Of a stretch of DNA of 61,992 bases, positions 1 through 10,842 are shown in pieces. How positions within the stretch are numbered: position 1 is the stretch's first letter; each line of letters opens with the position of its first letter. The notes below the pieces were generated by a model that was not told where the DNA came from, searched no databases, and was given only the letters and a program-made list of their open reading frames with translations. This stretch comes from an uncultured Gammaproteobacteria bacterium (GTDB lineage: Bacteria > Patescibacteriota > Microgenomatia > Levybacterales > UBA12049): positions 1-61,992 of the forward strand of contig CAZEJU010000002.1 of the NCBI GenBank assembly GCA_964512695.1, read 5' to 3'. Both the position numbers and the translations under genes were made by a program.

Positions 1-1005
<1,005 letters not shown>

Positions 1006-1329
1006 TGAAAATATCATCGGGAATAATATGGACACTTTTTGTTATTTTGAGGATAACAAATTGTTCTCTTCACTTGTTAAAGAGCCAAATAAGAATTTAA
1101 AATTCAAAATGTAGAATTCTGAATTCTAGACTCTAAATTCTGAATTGTGCTTTTGAGAAAACCCCCTCATACTAGGGGGCTTGCTCAAAAACGCAAGCTT
1201 TTCAATCTTTATATTTCAAAAATAAAACTTTTGAAGTTTCCTTCAATTCTATATAAAGATACGGAGGTGTCGCGTCAAAGACGATCACCTTCGTCAAATT
1301 CTGCTTCTAGTGAAGCCGAGTTTGACTCG

Positions 1330-1393
1330 GTGGACTCGAAGGGATTCGAACTCTCGATCTGTCCGATGTACATCTGACTCCTCTACCGTCCAC
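1330..1393 (-). other. tRNA-like minihelix / degenerate tRNA remnant between tRNA-Ala and 23S
   Basis: On the minus strand, GTGGAC...GTCCAC forms an acceptor-like pairing. There is a T-arm-like GAGAG-TTCGAAT-CCCTT, and the centre is a loopless hairpin GTCAGATGTACATCGGAC. It is 64 nt and I could not fold a D-arm or an anticodon arm. Confidence 0.4.
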
Positions 1394-1397
1394 TCTG

Positions 1398-1470
1398 TGG
1401 ACCTAAGCGGATTTGAACCGCTGACCTCTTCATTGCAAATGAAGCGCACTACCAACTGTGCTATAGGCCC
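1398..1470 (-). tRNA. tRNA-Ala (anticodon UGC)
   Basis: The reverse complement is GGGCCTATAGCACAGTTGGTAGTGCGCTTCATTTGCAATGAAGAGGTCAGCGGTTCAAATCCGCTTAGGTCCA. It gives a cloverleaf with a G3:U70 pair, anticodon loop TTTGCAA, and T-loop GTTCAAATC. CCA is not encoded. Confidence 0.93.
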
Positions 1471-1740
1471 GATTCGTCCGAATATCCAAAGTCCACTTAA
1501 AAGAAAATAAATGTGCGAAAGTGAAGTAAACCCGAAGAAATTGTTAGATAGATGTTATGACCGTAGGTCAGTTAAAAATTTGGTCAAGGTTTTTCTCATA
1601 CAAACGTTTTGCATTCGGTTTACGTATGAAGATATTATCACAGGCTTCTTTCACCTGTCAACCCCCAAAGGACTTGAAAAATCAAATGATGAAACAGTAG
1701 CCAAAGCCTGCCTACCGGTAGGTATTAGAAATACGTTAAT

Positions 1741-4700
1741 TTAATCTCCTTCTTGGGATGAAAGTTCACGCAGGAAAAGATTCATGTCAAAGAGATCTAC
1801 TTTCCCATCATCAGTTAAATCGGTTTTTTGTTTTTTCGCTTCCTCAGTACAGTTACGTGGACCTTCCAAATCCGCATAACAGTCAAGAATCATATTATAA
1901 TCTAAAATGTTAATTTTATTATCTTGTACTTGACTTGTATCACCTGTTATATCCCCAGTTACTAAAGATGCCTCAGCATTAACTTCACTACCATTTGCAA
2001 CCTGAAGCCCATTTATTCTTTTCTTTAAACTTTGATTTGACCTAACTTTTAATGCATATGATCCCGCAGGTAATGTTCCCGCATCTATTTTACCCGTAAA
2101 GTTTCCGTCAGTACTATTAAAGGTAACTGTGCCTTCTTTCGTTGTCACTAACTGTTCGCTACTATTATAAACTTCAAACGTAATTGTACGCTGAGATCTA
2201 AGCGGAGTCATATTACCGCCTCTACCAGGAGTAACATTATCCCCAGCTTTTCCTATACCGTGATGAAGAAGTTTAAAGTTAAAAGCAACGTTTCCTGGAG
2301 TTAACGTATTCGTGGGTGCAGGGGTATTTGTAGCACTCGGTGGATCTGTCGGATCTGGATTGGGATCTTCTGTAGGTTCCGGCCGTTCAGTTACGTTAAT
2401 AGCAAGCGGTGCGGATTCTCCCAAATTATTTTGTAGGGCTGTGTCACTAAATGCGATAGCTTTAAAGTCATACCTTCCTTCACTAGCCGATGCTAAGTCA
2501 ACTCCTACCGAACTAAATGTATATGTTCTTATATTATTGGCAGTTGTAGAGGTACTCGTACATGTTTTGCCTGCACTTCCCATATTAATAAATTCATTTG
2601 CAGGCTCTCTACCTTCCTTCCTGTAATATATTTGAATACATCTCACTCCATCGGTATAAGTAGTAGGAATCGTAACAGTTGTTTTTAATAGGAAACGATC
2701 ACCTATATAGAAATCTGTCTTACTTCTACCAGATAAATCTGAAGATGCGAGAGACACTGTTGCGATAGCATTCACAGTTAATGGAATTGGTTCTTCATCC
2801 ACAAAATCATCGTGGCCACTAATAAATAGTTGAGCCTTTATATCTGTATGCTGACCCGCAGTTACAGCAGAACCTGACCATGAACAAGTTATAGGCGATG
2901 TATATACCCCTGCAGATACCTCTTTCCGTTCACAACCCGGGATTGCTGTTCCACCTTTTAAAAACTTCACATAGCCCGCGCTATTCTTACTCTTATATAC
3001 ATGCACAGTTAGCGTGATAGGTCCATTAATAATATGACCAGTCGCAGGGGTTCTATTAACTAGTGTTGCTCCACCTATAAGAATATTTACAGAATCATCA
3101 TCCAGCAACTCATTATTTCTGTAGACTTCTGCGATTATTTTATAGGGGCCTGGTCCACCACTAGTAGTAGTGGGACTCCAGTTTTCAGTATACGTAGTAG
3201 GGGGATTACTCGATGGTACAGTAAACTCTTTAATAATAGTAGGCTGTCCTAAACGTAAGTTCTGATATTTAAAAGCAATAACCATTCCCGCAGTAACGTT
3301 CTGAACATTCGCTTCGATAGTAATACTGCTATCATAATTCTGTTCGTTCAATGGCCTTGAAAGAGTAATAGTGGCTGCTCCTGGGGGGGTTGCTGTCTGA
3401 ACCGGGATATCTACGGTATCAGAAACACCAGTATAAGTCGAACCCGAATACACCTTTGCAGTAATTGTATATGTTCCTGCAGTTCGCCCCTCCGTGTCCC
3501 AAGAAACAGGGAAATTGCCCGCAGTATTACTGGAAGATCCAATATCTTGACCATTACTGCCTAGACTCCAACTATACCGAACGCTAGAATCCGCAGGAAG
3601 ACTTCCTGTAAGCACATTTGTCGTTAACGCTACATCATTAGGTACAGTAATCGTTCCCGATGGAGAACGTTGAATGTCAATAGTCAATGGAGAAGGTGAT
3701 CCTACCGCATTAACTTGTAACGATACAGCAGCGGAAACGGCGGCTTCACTAACAGGAATACCAGAGAATAGTTTGGCAACTATAGCATGCGTTCCAGCAG
3801 TTGCGTTGGTCCATGAACATGAGTATGGACTGGTATTATCTTCACATAAAACATCAGATGTTCCTTCTTTGTAAAATTTTACTGTACCAGTATAAACTGG
3901 ACTGTTAAATTCAACTGTGGCATTTAGTGTTACTTGATTCGCTGTTTGAGGACCTACAGTCGTATTTACGATGCGCGGAACGAATAATTGGACAGGATCG
4001 GAAGTTTGTATTTCAGATACCCCCCCTACTTGTATTGTCTCTTTCGCGGTTATGACGTGTACCCCTGCGGAAACATTACTCCACTGGCATGACGGAGTCG
4101 TAGGGGTGGTCGCTGTACAACGAGAAGAAGTTCCTTCCATAAATTGAACTTCTGTGATTGTTCCTTCCACGGGTTGAACCAATGTCGCGGAAAAAGTAAC
4201 GTTGGTACCAGCTTTTATTACGAAATTTGAGATAGGTGTAGCTATAGTTATAAAAGGATTCGCGGATATAACAACTCTTACCCAAGGGCTAGCAGCGTCG
4301 TTTTGCTGTTGTCCATTAATAAACGGCACTGCTTTATATTCAAACGTCCCACCGGCTGATTCAGTACTTCCTACTAACGGATGCCGTAAGCGAATCGTAT
4401 TTGGTGCAGTAGAAGAATTGCTGGTCCCAATATTCATCTCTCCTGTTGCTGTTTTTCTAAAAAAAATTGCACCGGTCACACTTTGACTACTAGATAAGTT
4501 TCTCACGGTAGCATCCATAGTTAGCCAATCTCCAGACCGTGCATTTCGAGGGGTAACATTTAACGTTGTCGCAGGTTGTAAGTTAGCCACCTGAATCGTC
4601 CTTTCTGAAGAGAATGGCCATGTGTTCGTAACTTCAGTGGTAGATCTAAAAGCCCGTGCATAGTATTTATGAGTTCCTGGCTGAAGCTCTCTGAGAATAA

Positions 4701-5073
4701 ATTGATATTCTCGAACCGATTGTCCTGTTCCTGCTATTAAAGTTGCTGGTCCTAGGTGTGTATCGCCTGTGGATCGAACTTCGTAAATTCTAACAACACC
4801 AACTTCATTATTAAAATCAGTCAAACGGACTATCAATGTCAAATCGCTATTTGCAGCTACCGGAGGACTGATGATATCTGCTGAGGGTTGAATTACCTCT
4901 AGTGTGGGAACTGGAGTTGGTACTGCTCTTTGTCTTATATCCTGAACACTTTGAAGAAAAGCAACCAGAAGAAAACTAACAATAATAAAAAATAATGTTA
5001 TAAGAAGATGAAATGTAGGTTTTCTAAAAAGTTCTTTTCCTTTTTCTTTGTAATGTGATCTTTGATGTACCAT
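1741..5073 (-). CDS. Membrane-anchored surface protein with multiple Ig-like repeats, a Pro/Thr linker and a C-terminal beta-sandwich plus dockerin-like module
   Basis: 1110-aa ORF with an N-terminal TM helix. It has recurring ~90-aa repeats with C..C.W..(V/A)(S/T)AG.H motifs and a linker PEPTEDPNPDPTDPPSATNTPAPTNT. The C-terminus has two DxxxDGK-type loops (TGDITGD...INILDYNMIL and TDLTDDGKVDLFDMNLFLREL). Confidence 0.7.
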   Translation of the reverse strand: MVHQRSHYKEKGKELFRKPTFHLLITLFFIIVSFLLVAFLQSVQDIRQRAVPTPVPTLEVIQPSADIISPPVAANSDLTLIVRLTDFNNEVGVVRIYEVRSTGDTHLGPATLIAGTGQSVREYQFILRELQPGTHKYYARAFRSTTEVTNTWPFSSERTIQVANLQPATTLNVTPRNARSGDWLTMDATVRNLSSSQSVTGAIFFRKTATGEMNIGTSNSSTAPNTIRLRHPLVGSTESAGGTFEYKAVPFINGQQQNDAASPWVRVVISANPFITIATPISNFVIKAGTNVTFSATLVQPVEGTITEVQFMEGTSSRCTATTPTTPSCQWSNVSAGVHVITAKETIQVGGVSEIQTSDPVQLFVPRIVNTTVGPQTANQVTLNATVEFNSPVYTGTVKFYKEGTSDVLCEDNTSPYSCSWTNATAGTHAIVAKLFSGIPVSEAAVSAAVSLQVNAVGSPSPLTIDIQRSPSGTITVPNDVALTTNVLTGSLPADSSVRYSWSLGSNGQDIGSSSNTAGNFPVSWDTEGRTAGTYTITAKVYSGSTYTGVSDTVDIPVQTATPPGAATITLSRPLNEQNYDSSITIEANVQNVTAGMVIAFKYQNLRLGQPTIIKEFTVPSSNPPTTYTENWSPTTTSGGPGPYKIIAEVYRNNELLDDDSVNILIGGATLVNRTPATGHIINGPITLTVHVYKSKNSAGYVKFLKGGTAIPGCERKEVSAGVYTSPITCSWSGSAVTAGQHTDIKAQLFISGHDDFVDEEPIPLTVNAIATVSLASSDLSGRSKTDFYIGDRFLLKTTVTIPTTYTDGVRCIQIYYRKEGREPANEFINMGSAGKTCTSTSTTANNIRTYTFSSVGVDLASASEGRYDFKAIAFSDTALQNNLGESAPLAINVTERPEPTEDPNPDPTDPPSATNTPAPTNTLTPGNVAFNFKLLHHGIGKAGDNVTPGRGGNMTPLRSQRTITFEVYNSSEQLVTTKEGTVTFNSTDGNFTGKIDAGTLPAGSYALKVRSNQSLKKRINGLQVANGSEVNAEASLVTGDITGDTSQVQDNKINILDYNMILDCYADLEGPRNCTEEAKKQKTDLTDDGKVDLFDMNLFLRELSSQEGD

Positions 5074-5144
5074 AAAAAAATCCTAATACTCCACTATAAT
5101 AGTACGCAGAAAAGAAGAAAAAAAACAAGAGGAAGCAGAGTGTA

Positions 5145-7325
5145 CTATTCTCCATTCTGTACACTAATTTCACGAAGTAATAAATTGTAATCGAATTGAT
5201 TCACTTTCCCATCATCTGTGATATCAGCGGCAAGTTGCTTATTAGTATCCGAACAATTAACCGCGGGTCCCAAATCGGAGTAACAATCCCGAATAATGTT
5301 AAAATCCATAATACTTAAGATATTATTGTTATCTGCGTCTCCAGTCACTAAACTGATGCTACTGAGAGTTTTTGTTTGTCCTGCGATTATATTCACAATT
5401 CCAGGAATACTCTTTCTTAAAAATTGTTCTGACTTTACTTTTATCATGTAACTTCCTGACCCAAGCAATCCAAGATCAATTGTTCCTGTAAAATTCCCAT
5501 TCGTACTATTATATGTGACTGTACCTTGCTTCGTAGTTATGGATTGATTATTATCGTCGTAGACTTCTACGCTTACATTTCGGCTTTTTCTTACCGGATC
5601 GGCATTCCCTCCACTCGGATTTACATTATCCCCACCTTTTCCTATACCGTGGAGAAAAAGTGTTACATTAACTTTCGTTCCGTTTTCTGTTGTCGGCACA
5701 ATCGTTGCTGTCGATTGCGGCTGGGTAGGCGTCGGAGTTCTTGTTGGTGTTATTGTTGGAGCAATAATAATAGGAGTTGCTGTGGGATTTATCGTTGGTG
5801 TTGCAGTAGGTACTAATGTATTCGTCGGTATAGGTCCTCCTGTATTTGTTTTCCCCCAAATGGTGATAACACCATTCGCAGGATATGACGTTGTGAGTGT
5901 TTGTCCTAAGCCAATAGTCACATCAGGCAAATCTTTATTGTATTCAGCATCTGTTGTGTACTTGATGCCGTAAGTTCCCGCTGGTAAGTTACCTACAGTA
6001 AAACTTCCACCTCCACCGCGAACCACGACAATATACTTTCCATCCTTATTTATAAACGCAACAGGATCAAAATTATTGTTTGCACTCGTTGCTTCTATCC
6101 GTACTGCCCCAGGACGAATAAATTTAAAATACTGACGCAGGAACTTCGTCCTCGACCCCATTACTATCTGATACTGATCAGGATTCGGATTATTAATATC
6201 CGGATATTTAATCACATAATACATGCCTCCGTCATCACCAATCCCAGGATATTCAGGATATGCAAGTGTGTATTGCTGCCAAGCCGAATTATTACCCTGC
6301 TTAAGGTCGGTATGAAGCTCACGGTAGTCTGCATTAATATGCTCCAACTGCGCCAGATTTGCCGTATATTTATTTGCTTCAGCAACAAATGCGGGAAGTA
6401 AACTATCGTTTGTTCCGTACCGGTGGTAAGAAAATTCCTCGACATAGGTGCTAAGAAACGTATCTACCTGACTATCGGTGTAACTTCCTTGCGACTTAAC
6501 ACCTGCTTTTATGCCGTTAATCCAGTTTAAGGTATTATTCATGTTTGTAACTGATGGTAAGATAAATTTAGGGACATAACCGTTTGCTTCAAGTTTTTTA
6601 ACGGTTTCGAACATGGCTCTTCCCATACGATTACCATCCCATTCCGTATTATCCGGTTCTAAAACCATTTCCCAGGCATCAGGAATAATATTATATTTCG
6701 TCTGCAAATGCTTGTACGTCGCAAGTACGAATTCCCCATATTCTGCTGGATTAGTATGATGCTCAAAACTGGTATCGCGTGTGAAGTCGACATAATTAAT
6801 ATTGATATATAGCTTTTCCCCTTTTGCTTCCAATAATTGCTTCATGGGTAATACTAATGTATCCATTTGGTGATCAACAAAGTAAAAATGAAATCTTGAG
6901 GTATTAATCGCATTCGGATCAGCATTATCGTTAACGGGCCTGTACCAATTGTCTTTCCAAGTTTGTCGGGAAATTTGCCCATTCATATGTTCGGAAAAAT
7001 AATCACGGGTGTTCTCCAATCCGCTGTATATTTCAACCCTTAGCCTGTTTATACCCAAATCGTTCACTGCTTGTTGCAGAAGCGCATTCTGATATTTCGG
7101 AAAAAGATTCCTGTACTCGAATTGTCCTGCCTGGGCTGTCGCTTCCCAACCAGTAATTGTTTGATAACGTATGGTAGGATTTAAGGATATAGTTGCAGCA
7201 ACCTGTGCCCTACCGCGCGTATCTTGACGCGTACGAACTTGTATTATTGTAAAGAGTAATAAAGTAATTAATACAAAACCTATACTTCCAATAATTAAAA
7301 AATTTGACTTATTATACTGTTGCAT
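5145..7325 (-). CDS. Secreted glycoside hydrolase (GH30-like TIM barrel plus beta-sandwich) with a Pro/Thr linker and the same C-terminal dockerin-like module
   Basis: 726-aa ORF with a signal anchor. YQTITGWEA near the N-terminus, VLEPDN (NEP-like acid/base region) and FIRPGAVRI...AFINKDGKYIVVV resemble the GH30 layout. The C-terminal ~185 aa is paralogous to the C-terminus of 1741-5073. Confidence 0.55.
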   Translation of the reverse strand: MQQYNKSNFLIIGSIGFVLITLLLFTIIQVRTRQDTRGRAQVAATISLNPTIRYQTITGWEATAQAGQFEYRNLFPKYQNALLQQAVNDLGINRLRVEIYSGLENTRDYFSEHMNGQISRQTWKDNWYRPVNDNADPNAINTSRFHFYFVDHQMDTLVLPMKQLLEAKGEKLYININYVDFTRDTSFEHHTNPAEYGEFVLATYKHLQTKYNIIPDAWEMVLEPDNTEWDGNRMGRAMFETVKKLEANGYVPKFILPSVTNMNNTLNWINGIKAGVKSQGSYTDSQVDTFLSTYVEEFSYHRYGTNDSLLPAFVAEANKYTANLAQLEHINADYRELHTDLKQGNNSAWQQYTLAYPEYPGIGDDGGMYYVIKYPDINNPNPDQYQIVMGSRTKFLRQYFKFIRPGAVRIEATSANNNFDPVAFINKDGKYIVVVRGGGGSFTVGNLPAGTYGIKYTTDAEYNKDLPDVTIGLGQTLTTSYPANGVITIWGKTNTGGPIPTNTLVPTATPTINPTATPIIIAPTITPTRTPTPTQPQSTATIVPTTENGTKVNVTLFLHGIGKGGDNVNPSGGNADPVRKSRNVSVEVYDDNNQSITTKQGTVTYNSTNGNFTGTIDLGLLGSGSYMIKVKSEQFLRKSIPGIVNIIAGQTKTLSSISLVTGDADNNNILSIMDFNIIRDCYSDLGPAVNCSDTNKQLAADITDDGKVNQFDYNLLLREISVQNGE

Positions 7326-7375
7326 ATCTGGTTTTATACTAAGTGTAGATCAATCTGAGGTAAAGTACAATAAAA

Positions 7376-8290
7376 CTACTTGTGAAGGGTTAACCACCGT
7401 TCAGCTTCAAGTGCAGCAGCTGCCCCGAAACCAGCAGCAGTAATTGCTTGACGATATGCTCTATCATGGACATCTCCAGCAGTAAAGACTCCATCGATAT
7501 TTGTTCTGTAATGATCATACACTTTTACATACCCTTGTTCATCAAGATCTATGCCTTTAAATACCTTTGTGTTTGGTATATGTCCGATTGCGACGAAGAC
7601 ACCATCTATGGGCATCTCAGATTCATCATTTGTGGCAAGATTTTTTATTTTCACTTTTTCGACCTTCATTCCACCAAGTACTTCGGTAATAACTGTGTTA
7701 TACATAACTGTTATTTTGGGATTATTTTTTACTCTGTCTTGCATCACTTGACTCGCGCGGAAAGTATCTCGACGGTGCATAAGCGTCACGTGAGTTGCGA
7801 CGTTTGATAAGACTAATGCTTCTTCCATAGCGCTATCTCCTCCTCCGACTACAATAACACTTTTATTTCGGAAAAATCCAGCATCACAAGTAGCACACGA
7901 AGAAACACCTCTACCGATTTTTTCTTCTTCTCCTGGCACTCCAAGCCAACGAGCATCAGCACCAGTTGCGATGATAACACTTCTGCTTTCGTATGTTGTA
8001 CCATTTTCAGCAGTAACTTTAAAAGGCGGTCTAGAAAAATCGCCTGCAGTAAACCCTGTTTCAAGTATCTCTGCGCCATGATGCTCTGCTTGCTGACGCA
8101 TGCGCATCATAAGTTCAGGACCTTGAATACCTTCAGGAAAACCAGGAAAATTTTCGACAAGTGAAGTTAACTGAAGCTGCCCTCCCCACTTACCACCAGC
8201 GAGAATAAGCGTCTTTAGGTTAGCACGGGTTGTATAAATTGCTGCTGTGAGACCCGCGGGACCAGAACCGATGATAATTACGTCGTACAT
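7376..8290 (-). CDS. trxB: Thioredoxin-disulfide reductase
   Basis: Contains the GSGPAG FAD motif, the redox-active CATCD, the GGGDSA NADPH motif and a C-terminal GD(V)..R..RQA motif. Confidence 0.93.
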   Translation of the reverse strand: MYDVIIIGSGPAGLTAAIYTTRANLKTLILAGGKWGGQLQLTSLVENFPGFPEGIQGPELMMRMRQQAEHHGAEILETGFTAGDFSRPPFKVTAENGTTYESRSVIIATGADARWLGVPGEEEKIGRGVSSCATCDAGFFRNKSVIVVGGGDSAMEEALVLSNVATHVTLMHRRDTFRASQVMQDRVKNNPKITVMYNTVITEVLGGMKVEKVKIKNLATNDESEMPIDGVFVAIGHIPNTKVFKGIDLDEQGYVKVYDHYRTNIDGVFTAGDVHDRAYRQAITAAGFGAAAALEAERWLTLHK

Positions 8291-8298
8291 ATTTATAT

Positions 8299-8408
8299 AA
8301 TACTACCAATATCCCAATAAACGAATAAACCAATCAATGAGAAATATAAAATGCAAAATATTTTGCATTTAGTTATTGATTGGTAGTATTGGATTATTTG
8401 CTTATTTC
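8299..8408. repeat. Nested palindromic intergenic element, copy A (AATACTACCAAT ... ATTGATTGGTAGTATT)
   Basis: Terminal inverted repeat with an inner perfect palindrome AAATGCAAAATATTTTGCATTT. Related copies are at 22362-22485 and 33985-34100. Each lies immediately upstream of a minus-strand gene start. Confidence 0.75.
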
Positions 8409-8412
8409 GCAG

Positions 8413-8739
8413 CTAAGCTGTGATGGCTTCTTCAATCATCTTCTTATATGCATCTTTACTTTGCGCGCCCACTTGTGCTTTCACTGGCTGACCGCCTTTA
8501 AAAACCATAACAGTAGGAATACTCATAATACCGAAAGTTCCAGCCACTTGTGGATTGTCATCGACATTTAACTTTCCTACTTTTACTTTGCCATTATATT
8601 CTTCTGCAAGTTGCTCTATTGTAGGACTAACAAGCCTACAAGGGCCACACCATGGAGCCCAAAAATCCACGACGACGGGAACTTCACTCTTAATAACTTC
8701 TGCTTGAAAATTTGAGTCTGTAAATGTTACTTCTGCCAT
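8413..8739 (-). CDS. trxA: Thioredoxin
   Basis: 108 aa with the WAPWCGPC active site and the typical thioredoxin length. Confidence 0.95.
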   Translation of the reverse strand: MAEVTFTDSNFQAEVIKSEVPVVVDFWAPWCGPCRLVSPTIEQLAEEYNGKVKVGKLNVDDNPQVAGTFGIMSIPTVMVFKGGQPVKAQVGAQSKDAYKKMIEEAITA

Positions 8740-8812
8740 ATTAATTAGTTAAAAGTTTAAAGGGAAAAATTAAAAGTTTTAATCTTTTTATTTAATTAAT
8801 TTGAACTAAATC

Positions 8813-8841
8813 ATCCTATCACTCCACAATATATCTGTCAA
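8813..8841 (-). promoter_or_regulatory. Sigma70-like promoter upstream of trxA
   Basis: On the minus strand, TTGACA (8836-8841), a 17-nt spacer, then TAGGAT (8813-8818). It lies ~75 nt upstream of the trxA ATG. Confidence 0.45.
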
Positions 8842-8882
8842 TAAGTTACATCATGGAAAGTACCTCTGGAAAAAATTGCTAA

Positions 8883-9578
8883 TCACTCCATTGTCTGCTC
8901 AGGGCCTTTATTATGATATGCAGCGATGAATGCGCGTATCCTCTCTTCATCGAATGTATCCATCTTATCTATTTTCGTCCATGCAGTTAACGCAACTGTC
9001 GTATCGAGATTTACACGTGGAACGATAACTATTCGCTGATATTCTTTAAGAAACCCTGAAAGTTTAGCTACTAGATCTTTGCATCCTTGGGATGAAAATT
9101 CCTTCGGCAAATCCCCTTCTTTTTTAGGAGCTTCCTCCGGACTAAATGGCGTCATTACTCCATTTTTATTTGCTTTTAATTCTGTTAAGGGATCGCCTTT
9201 TTTATAGGTAAGTGCGGATACAGCTTTTGTTTTCTGGCCACAGTTATATGACATTACAATATACCCATGTTCTAATGCATGAAGAAGATATCCATCAGAT
9301 AAAATCTGGGAATAAACGCCTCGTTTTGTCCATAGTGCGAAATGCGATCCACTTGTCGGAGGATTTGAATTATATGTAATACCCGAGATATCAGCAATAT
9401 GATCTCTACCGAGATCCTTCAGTGTTTTTGCTTGATCCTTCTGTGTCACTTTCTTCGGTTGTAATGCATTTCCAGACTCATTGATGACGAAAATAACAAC
9501 TACACCAAATACAACTACTCCTACTGCTCCAATAATCCATTTTAAATAATCATCAGCAGACTGAGGTTTCCGAAACAT
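8883..9578 (-). CDS. DUF3105-like membrane-anchored protein
   Basis: N-terminal TM helix. PPTSGSH ... LHALEHGYIV resembles the DUF3105 signature as I recall it. Confidence 0.5.
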   Translation of the reverse strand: MFRKPQSADDYLKWIIGAVGVVVFGVVVIFVINESGNALQPKKVTQKDQAKTLKDLGRDHIADISGITYNSNPPTSGSHFALWTKRGVYSQILSDGYLLHALEHGYIVMSYNCGQKTKAVSALTYKKGDPLTELKANKNGVMTPFSPEEAPKKEGDLPKEFSSQGCKDLVAKLSGFLKEYQRIVIVPRVNLDTTVALTAWTKIDKMDTFDEERIRAFIAAYHNKGPEQTME

Positions 9579-9681
9579 AAAAATGATTGTAAAAGATTTA
9601 TAAACTCAATTCAAGAATGCCAATCTAAAATTGAACTGTTTAGAAGCCGTACATTATTTTCTTTGGTACAATAAAGTTTAA

Positions 9682-10836
9682 ATGGAACCAAGAGATATTC
9701 CCATACATCCAGTGGATGCATTGACCATTCCTGAAACACGAGAGATTCGAGAAAATGCACCTACTCTTCTTTTATCACTTATCGAAAACGGTAAACTCGA
9801 AAATGTAGATTCTATCCAAGATCTCCCGGAAAGATCGCTTAGACCGTTGGCTGGACGAGCTTCTGCCTGTTATTTTCTTACTGATAACGCTCAACCAAGA
9901 GTCATAAAATTCAGATACTCTGGAGTAGAAGCAGAAGCTCAAGCTCTCAGTTTATGGCAAACTCATGACGTTTCTGTACCCGATGTATATGCCGCAGGAG
10001 TTGTTCCAACAACAGTACAAACAAAAAGGCTATCTAAATACATCATAATGGAGGGCATAGTCGATACGGAAGGAAAACCAGCCCCAACTGGAAACCAATA
10101 TGCTCTCGCTCATCCCGAAGCACTTCCAGCATTAGGGAGACTTATAGGAGCAGAGCTTGCAAAAATACATGCTATCTCCACCTCATTACCATTTGGTAGT
10201 TTTTCTGATATGGGTAAACCTGAAGATACAGTATCGACGTTAAAGGAATTATTCACTAATAATCTCGCTAGAGAAAGACTATATTTACATACTCTTGGTA
10301 TAGCAGAAGATCAAATACATACTCTACAAGAAGCAATTCATGAGATAGATTTTCCTGATCAAGGAGTATGCATTCATGGAGATCCAGGTCTTCATAATAT
10401 CCTTATTGCATCTGAAGAGCCATTAGAAATAAAAGTTTTTGATCCGAATCCCAAGATACACGATCCGTATTGGGATTTAGCGCGTATGAGTATCAGACAA
10501 GCTGTGATTGAAGAATATGCACGAGAACATCCTGAGGATGCAGAGTTTGCAGAAACATCTCAGAAAGAGAAAGCATTCATAGATACTGCTATGGCAGTAT
10601 ACTGGACCAACAGTGGCCGAAAGTATGATGAAAAACGTATGCTTGTAAATGAAATTTTCCGGGGGATAGGTCCTTTACGAAGATATCAGAAAAGTGATGC
10701 AGAAACTGTACCATTAGGATTTATGAGAAAAGAAATTCCGAGAGATACTGCTGTAGACTTAAGAAAAAAAGTTCTCGCAAAACAAATACAAAAACTGGCT
10801 GAATTACAAAACGCAAGGCGAGATAGCGCTGAATAA
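9682..10836 (+). CDS. Phosphotransferase (APH / choline-kinase-like protein kinase fold)
   Basis: Catalytic-loop IHGDPGLHNILI followed by VFDPNP (a DxD-like metal site). Confidence 0.55.
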   Translation: MEPRDIPIHPVDALTIPETREIRENAPTLLLSLIENGKLENVDSIQDLPERSLRPLAGRASACYFLTDNAQPRVIKFRYSGVEAEAQALSLWQTHDVSVPDVYAAGVVPTTVQTKRLSKYIIMEGIVDTEGKPAPTGNQYALAHPEALPALGRLIGAELAKIHAISTSLPFGSFSDMGKPEDTVSTLKELFTNNLARERLYLHTLGIAEDQIHTLQEAIHEIDFPDQGVCIHGDPGLHNILIASEEPLEIKVFDPNPKIHDPYWDLARMSIRQAVIEEYAREHPEDAEFAETSQKEKAFIDTAMAVYWTNSGRKYDEKRMLVNEIFRGIGPLRRYQKSDAETVPLGFMRKEIPRDTAVDLRKKVLAKQIQKLAELQNARRDSAE

Positions 10837-10842
10837 ATAAAC

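Noticed and set aside
1330-1393. A bona fide tRNA (for example tRNA-Ile) next to tRNA-Ala
   Set aside because: It is only 64 nt between the acceptor-like ends. I could not build a D-arm or a 5-bp anticodon stem with a 7-nt loop, and the centre is a loopless palindrome. I kept it only as a tRNA-like remnant pending tRNAscan-SE.
1147-1744. ORFs 1147-1377, 1310-1510 and 1511-1744
   Set aside because: They overlap tRNA-Ala, the tRNA-like element and the rRNA spacer or promoter region. They have no SD sequence and odd composition. I treat them as non-coding.
2312-8079. Antisense and overlapping ORFs inside the large CDSs (for example 2312-2626, 3674-3874, 4076-4486, 5526-5973, 6212-6445, 7448-7807, 7849-8079)
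   Set aside because: Each is nested in a much longer ORF with recognisable domains on the other strand or frame. Similar nested ORFs elsewhere in the window were rejected for the same reason.
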